The notes below the pieces were generated by a model. That model did not search any database, was not told where the DNA came from, and saw only the letters and a program-made list of their open reading frames with translations. Position numbers and translations under genes: made by a program. Positions 34,541 to 43,959 of a DNA stretch of 64,000 bases are shown piece by piece (position 1 is the stretch's first letter; every line of letters starts with the position of its first letter). Where the stretch lies: the NCBI GenBank assembly GCA_937998045.1, contig CALKVG010000666.1, forward strand, positions 314 through 64,313. The letters run 5' to 3'. Source of the stretch: an uncultured Myxococcales bacterium. GTDB lineage: Bacteria; Myxococcota_A; Polyangia; Polyangiales; Polyangiaceae.

Positions 34541-35851
34541 TCAGCCGGACGGATGCGCCGTGGGGAGCGTGATGACGAACCGCGTGCCGTCACCTCGGCG
34601 GCTCTCCACGTGGATCTGGCCAAGATGGTTCTCGACGATGCCCTTCACGATCGACAATCCGAGGCCCGTGCCGTGGCCTTCCCGCTTGGTCGTGAAGAAC
34701 GGCACGAACACATGAGCGAGGTGCTCGGGGGCGATGCCGCTGCCGTTGTCGTCGACGACGACGACGATTCGGCGCGTGTGCGCGTCGAGCGACGTGCCCA
34801 CAACGACGCGCCCTCCCTGCTCGGGGGCGGCCTGCGCCGCGTTCGTGAGCAAGTTCACGAACACCTGTACGAGCTGCTCGCCGACGCCGCGCACCGTGAG
34901 AACGTCGGCCCCGTACCGGCGCTCGACGCGGACGCCTGCGCTCGAGAGGACGTGGTCGCAGAACGCGACCGCCTGGTCGATGACGCTGTGGAGGACGACG
35001 GGAGCGTCGATCCCGTTCGACGGGCGCGCGTACGACACGAGATCGCGCGTGAATCGGAGCATGCGGTTCGCCGATTCGCTGATCCGCCGCAGCCGCTCCA
35101 CGGCATCGGCGTCGACGGCGCACGCCTCCGGGCCCAGGCTCACCCACTTGCGAAGCAGGTAGTCCGAGTAAGCGACGATGGACGTGAGGGGATTGTTCAG
35201 CTCGTGCACCAGTCCCGCAGCGATCTGACCGAAGGTCGCGAGCTTGTCGGCCTGCAGCATGCGCTGGTCGAGCGCGGTCTCGGCGCGGGGCGGGTCGAGC
35301 CGCGACGAAATGTCGCGCGCGTGAGCTGTCGCGCTCCCGAGGGCGACGGCAGCGCGCTCGAGCAGATGCACCGCCGCCGACGTCTCGCGCTCGAGGTCGT
35401 CCTTGTCGGACGCCACGTGGAGCGTCGCTCCGTAGCCGCTGCCCGGCACCGGCACGACGTGCTCGTAGGGGAGGCCGGGGAAGATGCGCGTCGGATCGAT
35501 GCCGCCCGCCGGTTCGACCATGCCCTCGGGCGTACGCTTGAGGACGACCTGCTCGCGCGGGCCGCGCGGCTCGTCGGGGACGAAGCACGCGCCGACCGCG
35601 TAGTGCGGAAGGATCGCCGCGAGCGACGACACCATGCCCTCGAAGACGGCTCGCTCGCCGGTCGTCAGCGGAAGCTGCATCGACGCGACGAGGAGCTGAT
35701 CGAGCCACGACGTGGGCACGACGTCGGGCAGGCGCGGCCGCTGCGAGGACTTCTCCTCACGCAGCGCGTTGCGCCGCGGGCTCTCCTCCGAGGCGTCGTC
35801 CTTCCGCGCGCCTTGCGCGTCGCGCTCGCGCAGCGATCCCTTCCGCATCAC
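34541..35851 (-). CDS. cytoplasmic sensor histidine kinase
   Basis: 436 aa. GAF-like N-terminal half, H-box VHELNNPLTSI, N-box NLLTNAAQA, G1 DDNGSGI, G2 GTGLGLSIVKG. GTGA overlap with the upstream gene. Confidence 0.85.
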   Translation of the reverse strand: MMRKGSLRERDAQGARKDDASEESPRRNALREEKSSQRPRLPDVVPTSWLDQLLVASMQLPLTTGERAVFEGMVSSLAAILPHYAVGACFVPDEPRGPREQVVLKRTPEGMVEPAGGIDPTRIFPGLPYEHVVPVPGSGYGATLHVASDKDDLERETSAAVHLLERAAVALGSATAHARDISSRLDPPRAETALDQRMLQADKLATFGQIAAGLVHELNNPLTSIVAYSDYLLRKWVSLGPEACAVDADAVERLRRISESANRMLRFTRDLVSYARPSNGIDAPVVLHSVIDQAVAFCDHVLSSAGVRVERRYGADVLTVRGVGEQLVQVFVNLLTNAAQAAPEQGGRVVVGTSLDAHTRRIVVVVDDNGSGIAPEHLAHVFVPFFTTKREGHGTGLGLSIVKGIVENHLGQIHVESRRGDGTRFVITLPTAHPSG

Positions 35852-37467
35852 TCGCCCTTGCCCCCTCCGCTACCGGCTGCCTTCTTGCCGCTCTTGCTGC
35901 TCGAAGCCGGCTTGTCGTCCGCCTTGGTGGACGGCTCGTCGAGGGGCCGAGGCGCCGAGGCCGGCGCCGATCGATCGAGATCGAGGATTCTTGCTCGGCC
36001 GACGTACGACTTGGTCTCGTACTTGGTGATCTTCCCGATCTTGCGAACGATCTCGGCCATGCGCTCGGCCTCGTTGAAGATGATCTCCGCGGCGGAGTAC
36101 GGCGCCGTGTGCGGGTCGAGACGGCGCTTCAGGAGCTCGGCGTAGCCCATCACGCTCGTCAGCGGCTGGTTGAGCTCGTGAGCGGCCGCGCCGGCGAGCT
36201 CCGCGATGATGGCCTGACGCTCCTGGGCGAGAATCTGCTCCTGGGCCTGCGCGAGGCGCTGCTCCATGCGCATTTTCTCGCGCAGGTCGGTGAAGATGCC
36301 GACGGAGCCGACGGGGACTTTCTCCTCGTGCAGGAGCGCTGCCGAAAGCGATACGGGGACGCGCTCGCCCTGGGCGTCCAGCACCTCGGTACGAAGGCCC
36401 TCGACCCGGCCGCCGCCGGCGCGGATGAGGCGCATCACCTCTCGCGCGACTCCTTCGGGATAGAGCGTGCGGACGTCGCGCTCGAGGAGCTCGGCGACGG
36501 GGATGCCGTAAATGCGCTCGGCAGCCGCGTTGGCGAGCAAGATGCGACCCTGCAGGTCGGCGCTCACGATGGCGTCAACGGACGAGTTGATGATGCGTTG
36601 CAAGAAATCGCGGGTCTTCTGCAGCTCGTGCTCGACCTGGCGCTCGGCGGTGACGTCGCGGAACGTGCAGAGGAACACCCCCTCTTCGCGCAGCACGGAG
36701 CTGAAGTTCACGCTGAGGATGGCAATCTCGCCGTTCTTGCGCTTGATCCGGACGTCGACGCTCTGCGGGTAATGCCCGCGGGCGAAGCCCACCCGCAGCT
36801 CGTGCGCGAGCCGTGAGTCCTCGGTGGCGAAGAGGTCCCCGACGCGGCGGCCGCGCAGGTCGCCCTCCGAGTAGCCGCTTATCGCGCGGGCGCGCGGATT
36901 GGAGAAGAGGAGGTGGCCGTCGGCGTCGATGACGATGATGCCGTCGGCCGCGCTCTCGAAAAAATCGGCGTAGCGCTGCAGAGTGCGCAGCCGCCGCTCG
37001 GCTTCGAAGCGGGCCACGGTCACCTGCTGCGTCTGGTCCCGGAGCGACTGCATGATGCGCGCGTTCCGTAGCGCGATCGCCATCGCGTTCGTGACCGTCT
37101 TGCAGAGCGCGAGCTCGCGGTCGCCGAAGGTGAAGGCGTGCTTGGCGCGCAGGAAGAGAACGCCCATCGGGCGTCCCTCGTAAAGGATGGGCAGGATGGC
37201 GAGCGAGCTGAACGCGCTCCTGTGCCCTTCATGGCGGGCGATCTCGAGCAGCGGATGGGTGGCCACGTCGGGTACGACGAGCGGCTCGCGGCTCGAGAGC
37301 ACCTGCTGGATCTCGGGGTACTTCGTGAGGTCGATGGGCAGGTCGCGCAGCTGTTCGTCGTCGCTGGCGGCGACCACGTACCCTACGTCGCCGCTCTCGC
37401 GCACGAGGACGATGCTCACGCGATCCACCTTCGCAACCTCGGCGACGCGCTGGACGACGGGAACAAG
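35848..37467 (-). CDS. GAF-PAS-PAS-HisKA portion of a hybrid signalling protein (3' fragment of a frameshifted gene; no ATPase domain)
   Basis: Real part of ORF 35848-39783. GAF core VVQRVAEVAKVDRVSIVLV...GVLFLRAK, two PAS segments (ADGIIVIDADGHLLFSNPRA; VDAIVSADLQGRILLANAAA), H-box AAHELNQPLTSVMGYAELL, then a Lys/Ser/Gly tail. No N/G1/G2 boxes. Confidence 0.75.
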   Translation of the reverse strand, partial: LVPVVQRVAEVAKVDRVSIVLVRESGDVGYVVAASDDEQLRDLPIDLTKYPEIQQVLSSREPLVVPDVATHPLLEIARHEGHRSAFSSLAILPILYEGRPMGVLFLRAKHAFTFGDRELALCKTVTNAMAIALRNARIMQSLRDQTQQVTVARFEAERRLRTLQRYADFFESAADGIIVIDADGHLLFSNPRARAISGYSEGDLRGRRVGDLFATEDSRLAHELRVGFARGHYPQSVDVRIKRKNGEIAILSVNFSSVLREEGVFLCTFRDVTAERQVEHELQKTRDFLQRIINSSVDAIVSADLQGRILLANAAAERIYGIPVAELLERDVRTLYPEGVAREVMRLIRAGGGRVEGLRTEVLDAQGERVPVSLSAALLHEEKVPVGSVGIFTDLREKMRMEQRLAQAQEQILAQERQAIIAELAGAAAHELNQPLTSVMGYAELLKRRLDPHTAPYSAAEIIFNEAERMAEIVRKIGKITKYETKSYVGRARILDLDRSAPASAPRPLDEPSTKADDKPASSSKSGKKAAGSGGGKGE

Positions 37468-37958
37468 ATCCCGCGGAAGTCCAGGTTCGACGCAAGCGCC
37501 TGCGTCAGCTCGAGGACGAGCCGCGCATCTTGCTCCTTCTTGGCGAGCGCCTCGACCACGCCGCGGAGGCGAAGCTGACCGCGAACGCGCGCCACGAGCT
37601 CCACCGGCTTGAACGGCTTGCGCACGAAGTCGTCGGCGCCGGCTTCGAACGCGCGCGCGATCTCTTCGTCGGCTTCGAGCGCGGTCAGCACGACCACGGG
37701 GACGTCTCGTGTCTGCGGCCGGGCGCGCAGGATGCGCAGCACCTGGTATCCGTCCGGGGGAGGCATCACGAGGTCGAGGAGCACGATCGCCGGCAGCACT
37801 TTCTCGAGCTGCTCGAGCGCCTCGGTGCCGGACGCAACGGCGACGTGAGGCAGCTCGGCATTCGCGAGCGCCTGGATGAGGACGTGGCGACTTACCGTGT
37901 CGTCGTCCACGACGAGGACAAGTCCACCCGGCACGCACAAAAGTGTACCCGTGGCCAC
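37416..37958 (-). CDS. response-regulator receiver plus start of GAF domain (5' fragment of the same frameshifted gene)
   Basis: 180-aa ORF. LVLVVDDDTVSRHVL, AIVLLDLVMPPPDG, VVVLTA, FVRKPF. It ends in LELTQALASNLDFRGILF, then runs out of frame. The GAF continues in the 35848-37467 frame. Confidence 0.75.
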   Translation of the reverse strand: MATGTLLCVPGGLVLVVDDDTVSRHVLIQALANAELPHVAVASGTEALEQLEKVLPAIVLLDLVMPPPDGYQVLRILRARPQTRDVPVVVLTALEADEEIARAFEAGADDFVRKPFKPVELVARVRGQLRLRGVVEALAKKEQDARLVLELTQALASNLDFRGILFPSSSASPRLRRWIA

Positions 37959-37982
37959 CCCGGGGGAGCAACCGATGTGGAA

Positions 37983-39056
37983 CTATTCGAACAAGTCCCC
38001 CTGCGGAGGACCGCCGCCCATCGAGGGCACCGGCGGTTTGCGCCCCAGGGCCTCGTAGGCTCGCCGGTTGGCCACACGCCCGCGCGGCGTGCGTCCGACG
38101 TAACCCTGCTGAATCAGATAGGGTTCGACGACGTCCTCGAGCGAGTCGCGCGGCTCGGCGAGCGCCGCAGCGAGCGCCTCTACGCCAACCGGCCCGCCGT
38201 CGTAATGGTCGATGATGACGCTCAGGTAGCGTCGGTCCATCTCGTCGAGCCCGGCCTGGTCGATCTCCAGGCGCTCGCAGGCCTGCGTGACGCGCGGCAG
38301 ATCGACGCGGCCCGTACCGAGCACCTCGGCGAAGTCGCGGATTCGGCGCAGCAGGCGGTTTGCAATGCGCGGTGTGCCCCGCGAGCGCAGCGCAATTTCG
38401 TGCGCCGCATCGTCGTCGATGCGCACGCCGAGCAGCTTCGCGCTGCGCAGGACGATGCGCGCGAGGTCCTCGGCCGGATAAAAGTCGAGCCGCACGACAT
38501 GGCCGAACCGGGAGAAGAGAGGGGCCGTCAGGAGGCCGGTACGCGTCGTCGCGCCCACGAGGGTGAACGGCTGCAGCGGAATCTGGACGGTGCTCGCGAA
38601 GGCACCATCGCCGGTCATGATGTCCATCACGAGATCGTCGAGAGCCGGGTAGAGGCTCTCCTCGACGACCGGGTTCAGTCGGTGGATCTCGTCGACGAAG
38701 AGGATGTCGTTCTTCTGCAGTTTCGTCGTCAGCAACGCGGCGAGCGCGCCCTTGTGCTCGATGACGGGGCCGCTCGTCGTGACGAGCTGGACGCCCATTT
38801 CGTGCGCGAGGATGTGCGCGAGCGTGGTCTTTCCGAGCCCGGGCGGCCCGCAGAAGAGGATGTGATCGAGCGGCTCGCCGCGCCGCCTCGCGGCCTCGAC
38901 GAAGATACGCAGGTTCTCCTTGTGCTTCGACTGTCCGACGTAGTCGGCGAACGTCCTCGGGCGCAGCGTGCGGTCGAACTGCGCGTCGTCTCCCTGCGTC
39001 GCCCCTCCAATGGTGCGCTCGGTCGCCGGCTCCTCGAAGCGCGCGCGCTTGCTCAT
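37983..39056 (-). CDS. ruvB: Holliday junction branch migration DNA helicase RuvB
   Basis: 357 aa. [12 protein letters not shown], Walker [16 protein letters not shown], Walker [26 protein letters not shown]. Confidence 0.95.
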   Translation of the reverse strand: MSKRARFEEPATERTIGGATQGDDAQFDRTLRPRTFADYVGQSKHKENLRIFVEAARRRGEPLDHILFCGPPGLGKTTLAHILAHEMGVQLVTTSGPVIEHKGALAALLTTKLQKNDILFVDEIHRLNPVVEESLYPALDDLVMDIMTGDGAFASTVQIPLQPFTLVGATTRTGLLTAPLFSRFGHVVRLDFYPAEDLARIVLRSAKLLGVRIDDDAAHEIALRSRGTPRIANRLLRRIRDFAEVLGTGRVDLPRVTQACERLEIDQAGLDEMDRRYLSVIIDHYDGGPVGVEALAAALAEPRDSLEDVVEPYLIQQGYVGRTPRGRVANRRAYEALGRKPPVPSMGGGPPQGDLFE

Positions 39057-39179
39057 CCCCCCACACCCTAGTCCGCATGCACGAGTGAAGCGAGGGTGCG
39101 GTCGCCAGAGGGAGGGCTTGGGGGATTGGCGGCTCGTGGCGTCGCTCTCGCGATCCGAGGTGGCGCGGAGAGGGGTGAA

Positions 39180-40274
39180 TCAGACGCGCGCGAGGTAGTC
39201 GCCGATTTCGGGGAGGGGCATGACCTCGGTCGCGATGCCTGCGCGAACGGCAGCACCCGGCATTCCGTTGACGACGGCCGTCTCCTGCGACTCGGCGATG
39301 ATGATGCCGCCCGCGTCGCGAATCGCGCGCGCCCCCTCCACCCCGTCGTCGCCCATTCCCGTGAGGATCACGCCGATGCACCGCGTCCCCACCGCCGCCA
39401 CGCTCTTGAACAGGCGGTCGGCGCTGGGGACGTAGCGATCGGTCGCCGCGGAAGGTCCGACGCGCAGCTTGAGCTCGTGGCCGACCTGCGTCAGCTCCAT
39501 GCATTTGCGGCCGGGGCACACGAAGCCGGTCGCTTGCGCGACCAGGTTGCCGTCGCTCGCCTCGACGGTCTTCACGGGGCCACGCCGGTCGAGGCGCTCC
39601 GCGAACGTACGCGTGAACTTGTCCGGCATGTGCTGAGCGACGACGTACGCCGCCGTCGTCGTCGCCTGGAGCTTGCCGAACACGTGGAGCAGGGCGCTCG
39701 GGCCGCCGGTCGAGCTCGCGATCGCGACGATCGTGCGGGGAGCACGATACGCGCGCCCCGTCATCGTCGACGGCTCGTCCCACGACGCGACGCTGCCGTC
39801 CGGGTTGAACGCACCGCTGTTCTGGCGTCGAATGAGCGTCGTGGGCACGAACGACGGCCGCAGGGACCGCACGAGCAGGACCTTCTGCAGGATCTCCTCG
39901 CGCACCTCGGTCGACTCGGGCCCGAGGCGGTCGGGCTTGGGCACGAAGTCGAGCGCGCCGAGCTCGAGCGCCTTGAAGACGTTCTCTCGCTGGGAGTAGC
40001 TGCTGACGACGATGACCGGCGTAGGCGCCTTCGACATCAGGATTCGGAGGAACGTGAAACCGTCCATCCGCGGCATCTCGAGGTCGAGGGTGATCACGTC
40101 CGGCGCGAGCATCGTGACCAGCTTCAGCGCCTCCTCGCCGTCGGCAGCCTTACCGACGACCTCGACCTCCGGGTGGTTCGCGAACACGTCGGCGATGTTC
40201 CGGCGGTTGTACGCCGAGTCGTCCACGACCAGGAGGCGAATGGGCCTCTGCGTTGCGTTCGTGCTTGAGGTCAC
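39180..40274 (-). CDS. cheB: chemotaxis response regulator protein-glutamate methylesterase CheB
   Basis: 364 aa. Receiver RLLVVDDSAYNRR and VITLDLEMPRMDG. Esterase triad contexts IVAIASSTGGPSAL, VVAQHMPDKFT, ILTGMGDDGVEG. Confidence 0.9.
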   Translation of the reverse strand: MTSSTNATQRPIRLLVVDDSAYNRRNIADVFANHPEVEVVGKAADGEEALKLVTMLAPDVITLDLEMPRMDGFTFLRILMSKAPTPVIVVSSYSQRENVFKALELGALDFVPKPDRLGPESTEVREEILQKVLLVRSLRPSFVPTTLIRRQNSGAFNPDGSVASWDEPSTMTGRAYRAPRTIVAIASSTGGPSALLHVFGKLQATTTAAYVVAQHMPDKFTRTFAERLDRRGPVKTVEASDGNLVAQATGFVCPGRKCMELTQVGHELKLRVGPSAATDRYVPSADRLFKSVAAVGTRCIGVILTGMGDDGVEGARAIRDAGGIIIAESQETAVVNGMPGAAVRAGIATEVMPLPEIGDYLARV

Positions 40275-41266
40275 GGGGCGGGGTCCGGCGTCGTGCCAGG
40301 CTCGCGTGCGGAGACCGGCTTTCGGTAAACGAGATCGTCTCTCAAGTGTAATAGCTCAAACGCGGTCGACACGTTGAGCAGCGACTCGGAGTGCCCCAAG
40401 AGCAGGACTCCCCCGGGGTGCAGCCTCTCGTAGAGGCCCTCGATGGCGGCCTTGCGCGCGCGCGCGTCGAAATAGATGAGCAGGTTCCTGCAGAAGATGG
40501 CGTCCGCCTTACCGATCGCTCGCGCTCGCTCCTCGTCGAGGATGTTCATCTGGCCGAAGTGGCAAAGCTGCCGGATCGACTCCGAGACGTGCCATCCGTC
40601 CGGTCGTTCGTAAAAAAAAGCGCGCCGGACCTCTGCGGGCGTCGCCCGGAAGCTACTCTCCGAGTAGACGCCCCGTCGCGCGGCCGCCACACATCGACGC
40701 GAGATGTCGGATCCGTAAATGCGGACGTCCCAGCCGGGACGATCGTTGGTTGCGCTCGCGCCCGGCAGTGCGGGAGGTGGCGTCGAGCCCGGTCCGCGGC
40801 GCGGAAACAGATGCGAAGCGTGCACGAGGATCGCAATCGTATACACCTCTTCGCCCGTCGCGCACCCCGCGCTCCAGATGGTCAGCCGGCGGCGAAGGCG
40901 GGCCTGCGCGCTCAGCATCGGCAGGATCTCGTTCTGGAACGCCCGCAGCTGCCGCTCCTCGCGGAAGAGGTACGTCTCGTTGGTCGTCAAGAGGTCGACG
41001 GCCTCGTCCCACTCGTCCGCTGCGTTCGTCCCGAAGCGCAGGTAATGGTGGTACTCGGCGAAGCTCGTCAGCTTGAGCACCATCAGGCGCTCACGGAGCC
41101 GGCGTTCGAGCGTGAACCGAGCCTCGGGCCCGAAGTTGAGCCCGGTGCGCGCGGCGAACAAGTCCCGCAGCAGCCGGAACTCGTCCGGCTTGAGGCCGAT
41201 GGACTCGCCGAAGAGCGGAGTGCGCCGCACTACTCCCCTTCCTTCGCGTCCTTCGCCCGCGGCCAT
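40271..41266 (-). CDS. cheR: chemotaxis protein methyltransferase CheR
   Basis: Real 3' part of ORF 40271-43561. LLTTNETYLFREERQL, SAM motif RLTIWSAGCATGEEVYTIAIL, IFCRNLLIYFD. Start is ATG 41266 or GTG 41230. GTGA overlap with cheB. Confidence 0.85.
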   Translation of the reverse strand: MAAGEGREGRGVVRRTPLFGESIGLKPDEFRLLRDLFAARTGLNFGPEARFTLERRLRERLMVLKLTSFAEYHHYLRFGTNAADEWDEAVDLLTTNETYLFREERQLRAFQNEILPMLSAQARLRRRLTIWSAGCATGEEVYTIAILVHASHLFPRRGPGSTPPPALPGASATNDRPGWDVRIYGSDISRRCVAAARRGVYSESSFRATPAEVRRAFFYERPDGWHVSESIRQLCHFGQMNILDEERARAIGKADAIFCRNLLIYFDARARKAAIEGLYERLHPGGVLLLGHSESLLNVSTAFELLHLRDDLVYRKPVSAREPGTTPDPAP

Positions 41267-43431
41267 CCCGTTGCGCCCGGGCGCGAGACCGGCCGCAGGC
41301 TCTCCTCCCCCGGCGGCCGCAGGCTGACCGCCGCCGCGATCGCGTCGCGGACCACCGGCTCCTTTTCGCGCTCGTAGCGCGCCCGCAAAAGGGCGTGCGC
41401 ACCGGGGCTCTTGTCCTGGCCCAGCAACTCGGCCGCCACGCGTCGCACCTCCCAGGAGGTGTGGTCCAGGCAGAGCCCGAGCCTCGCGAGCGCGCGCGCA
41501 CCCGGCTGCGCCCCGACCAGCGACAGCGCGAGCTTCACAACCTCGGGATCGGGGTGATCCAGCGCGGCGAAGAGCGCGTCTTCGCAGGCGGCCGCCACGT
41601 GGGGGGGGAGGCGCGACACGCCCCGGGCGAACGCCAGGTGGCCGATGGCCTCCACCGCGGCGCACGCGACCGCCGCCTCGGCGCGCATGACGAGCGGGCG
41701 CGCGGCGTTCAGCGCGCTCGCCGGATCGGCGTCCCCCAGCGCCCGAAGCGTCGTAGCCGTCAGGACGGGGTCGCGCGTGTCCGCCACGAGTCCCATGAGC
41801 GGGTCGGCGCGGCCCAGTCGACCGAGCGCACGGATGGCGGCGAGCTGCACCTCGTGCTCCTCGTCGGCCAGGGCGAAGACGACGGCGTCTGCGGCGGCTT
41901 CCCCGCCCGCCTGGGCGAGCGCGTCGACGGCGGCGCGGCGCACCTGTGGATGGTCGTGGGCGAGGGCGCGCTCGAGGAGGCGCACGTCGTCGTCGGAGAG
42001 GGCCTGCGCGGAAGCGATCGCGCCAAGCAGGATGCACCCGAGCGCAAGAGGATCGTGCCCGGAACGAGCGTCGTGGAGCAGCGCGCGCGCGGCTTCGACG
42101 TGGCGCGCGGCGAGCTCGGACACCGCGTTGGTCGCCGTGGCCGCGATGCGCTCGTCGGTGTGCTCGACGAGCACGGCGATTCGCTTCAGGTCTTCCCCCT
42201 CGCCCAGCGGACCGAGCGCCTCGACCGCGCAAGCGACGACGTCGAGCGAATGGGCGTCGACCGCCTCGCGCAACGCAGTCCGGACAGTGGCGGCGTCGGC
42301 GCCCTCGAGCGACGCGGCCAGGGAGAGCGCCGCGGCGCGTACAGTCGGCCTCGCCGTTCGCGACACGGCGAGGAGAGGGCCGGTGGCGGTGGGACCGAAG
42401 AGGCGCAGGGCCGCGTCCGCGCGCTGGGCGACGTCGTCCTCGCCGAGCGCCTGAACGAACGAGGGGACGTCGTCGACGTCGCGGAGCAGCGCCAGGACGA
42501 GCAGCGCGCCTCCGCGGGCTCGCGCGTCTTCGGCGTCGAGGGCGGCCCGGCGGGCGTTGGCCCGCCCGACGGGAGTCATCCGGAGCGCGTCGCGCGCCAG
42601 ATCGAGGATCGCGTGATCCGGGGCGACGTCGTCTCCCTCCGACGCATAGGCAATTCGCTCGACCGTCGCGGCGATGACGTCGCCCAACGAGACGACGGCC
42701 TCCCGCGCGATCGTCGGCGACCCGTCTCCGGTCGCGTAGGCGAGCGCTCGCACGGCCTCCGGCTCGCGGGATCCCGCGGCGGCGGCGATCGCGTAGCGGC
42801 GCAGGAGCGGATCCCGGGCATACGGCTCGAAGACGCTCCACGGCAGCTGCGCCTCGAGGCGCGCGAGCGAATCGAGCGCGGCGATCTTCAGGAAGGAGTC
42901 GCTCATCGAGAGCGCCGCCACGAGCGCGGAGGTCGCGAGGTCGCGCGACTCCTCGCCCGCGAGCGCCGCTGCGCCGAGCGCCTCCGCCGCCGCAACGCGC
43001 ACGTTCGCGTCCTCGTCGGAGAGCGCGCGCGTGAGCGCGTTCGTCCCGCGAGGATCCGCGACGCCCCCGAGGACCTCGACCGCGAGCTTTCGCGCGTCCT
43101 CGTCGAGCCGCCCCATCGCCTCGATGGTCGCTCCCGCCGCATCCGGCCCGATCGCGACCAGGGCCTCCACCGCCGCGTTTCGCAACCCGATATTGACGGT
43201 CTCCTCGAGCGCCGCGACGAGAGTCGCCACGACCTCTTCGCGTCGCTCGAGCGCCGGCGCGACCGCCGCGGCCTCCTTGCGCACACGCCAGTCCTCGTCG
43301 CCGAGGGCCCGCAGGAGAAGTTCGGCGCCTTCGCGCCCGCGCACCTTCGCGATTTGCTGCACGGCCACCCGCCGGGCCTCGGGCTCGGCCTGATGCAGCA
43401 GCCAGCGAACGGCGGCAGCTGCCTCGCTCAC
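41230..43431 (-). CDS. HEAT/PBS-lyase-like repeat protein encoded inside the che operon
   Basis: 733 aa from GTG 43431 (VSEAAAAVRWLL...), overlapping the cheW stop (GTGA). Many repeats such as LGDEDWRVRKEAA, LSDEDANVRVAAAEALG, LAHDHPQVRRAAVDALA, LADEEHEVQLAAIRALG, LDHTSWEVRRVAAELLG. Confidence 0.75.
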   Translation of the reverse strand: MSEAAAAVRWLLHQAEPEARRVAVQQIAKVRGREGAELLLRALGDEDWRVRKEAAAVAPALERREEVVATLVAALEETVNIGLRNAAVEALVAIGPDAAGATIEAMGRLDEDARKLAVEVLGGVADPRGTNALTRALSDEDANVRVAAAEALGAAALAGEESRDLATSALVAALSMSDSFLKIAALDSLARLEAQLPWSVFEPYARDPLLRRYAIAAAAGSREPEAVRALAYATGDGSPTIAREAVVSLGDVIAATVERIAYASEGDDVAPDHAILDLARDALRMTPVGRANARRAALDAEDARARGGALLVLALLRDVDDVPSFVQALGEDDVAQRADAALRLFGPTATGPLLAVSRTARPTVRAAALSLAASLEGADAATVRTALREAVDAHSLDVVACAVEALGPLGEGEDLKRIAVLVEHTDERIAATATNAVSELAARHVEAARALLHDARSGHDPLALGCILLGAIASAQALSDDDVRLLERALAHDHPQVRRAAVDALAQAGGEAAADAVVFALADEEHEVQLAAIRALGRLGRADPLMGLVADTRDPVLTATTLRALGDADPASALNAARPLVMRAEAAVACAAVEAIGHLAFARGVSRLPPHVAAACEDALFAALDHPDPEVVKLALSLVGAQPGARALARLGLCLDHTSWEVRRVAAELLGQDKSPGAHALLRARYEREKEPVVRDAIAAAVSLRPPGEESLRPVSRPGATGWPRAKDAKEGE

Positions 43432-43958
43432 GTCGGTGCCCCCGAGGGAATGCCCGACGCCAGCGGCGGCACGCTCGGGCCGATCCTGCCGGCCAGGGCG
43501 AGCGGCTCGGTGAGGTCGCGCAAGCGCGCCGTGTCCAGAACGAAGACCATGCCCTTGCCATGGTTGGCTACGCCAGCGATGCCGCGCACGTCGTCGCCAC
43601 CGCCGAGTGAGGGAGCTGGACGGAGCTCCGCGCCGCCGGTCCCGAAGACCTCGGTCACCGCGTCCACGACGAGGGCAACGACGCGCGTCGACACGTCCAC
43701 GACAATCCACTTGGTCTTGCGCGTCGCCGCGACGGAGGGCAACCCGAAGCGCGTTCGAAGATCGACGACGGGCACGACCTCCCCACGGTAGTCCGCGACG
43801 CCGACGACGGCAGGCGGAGGGTGGGGCAGCGCGACCACGGTGAGCGGGTTGGCAATCTCCCTCACGCGCGCGATCGCGACCGCGTACTCGACGTCGCCGA
43901 CGACGAAGCCGACGAGGTTCTTGGACGGATCGTGCCGATGTCGGTGCATGGAGCTCAC
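43428..43958 (-). CDS. cheW: chemotaxis coupling protein CheW
   Basis: 176 aa. LVGFVVGDVEYAVAIARVREI...VVGVADYRGEVVPVVDLRTRFGLP. Confidence 0.85.
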   Translation of the reverse strand: MSSMHRHRHDPSKNLVGFVVGDVEYAVAIARVREIANPLTVVALPHPPPAVVGVADYRGEVVPVVDLRTRFGLPSVAATRKTKWIVVDVSTRVVALVVDAVTEVFGTGGAELRPAPSLGGGDDVRGIAGVANHGKGMVFVLDTARLRDLTEPLALAGRIGPSVPPLASGIPSGAPT

Positions 43959-43959
43959 T

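Noticed and set aside
37959-39783. N-terminal extensions of the composite ORFs 35848-39783 (1311 aa) and 40271-43561 (1096 aa)
   Set aside because: The upstream parts read through ruvB/cheB and through the HEAT gene in wrong frames and give Arg-rich nonsense. Only the 3' parts (GAF-PAS-HisKA; CheR) contain real domains.
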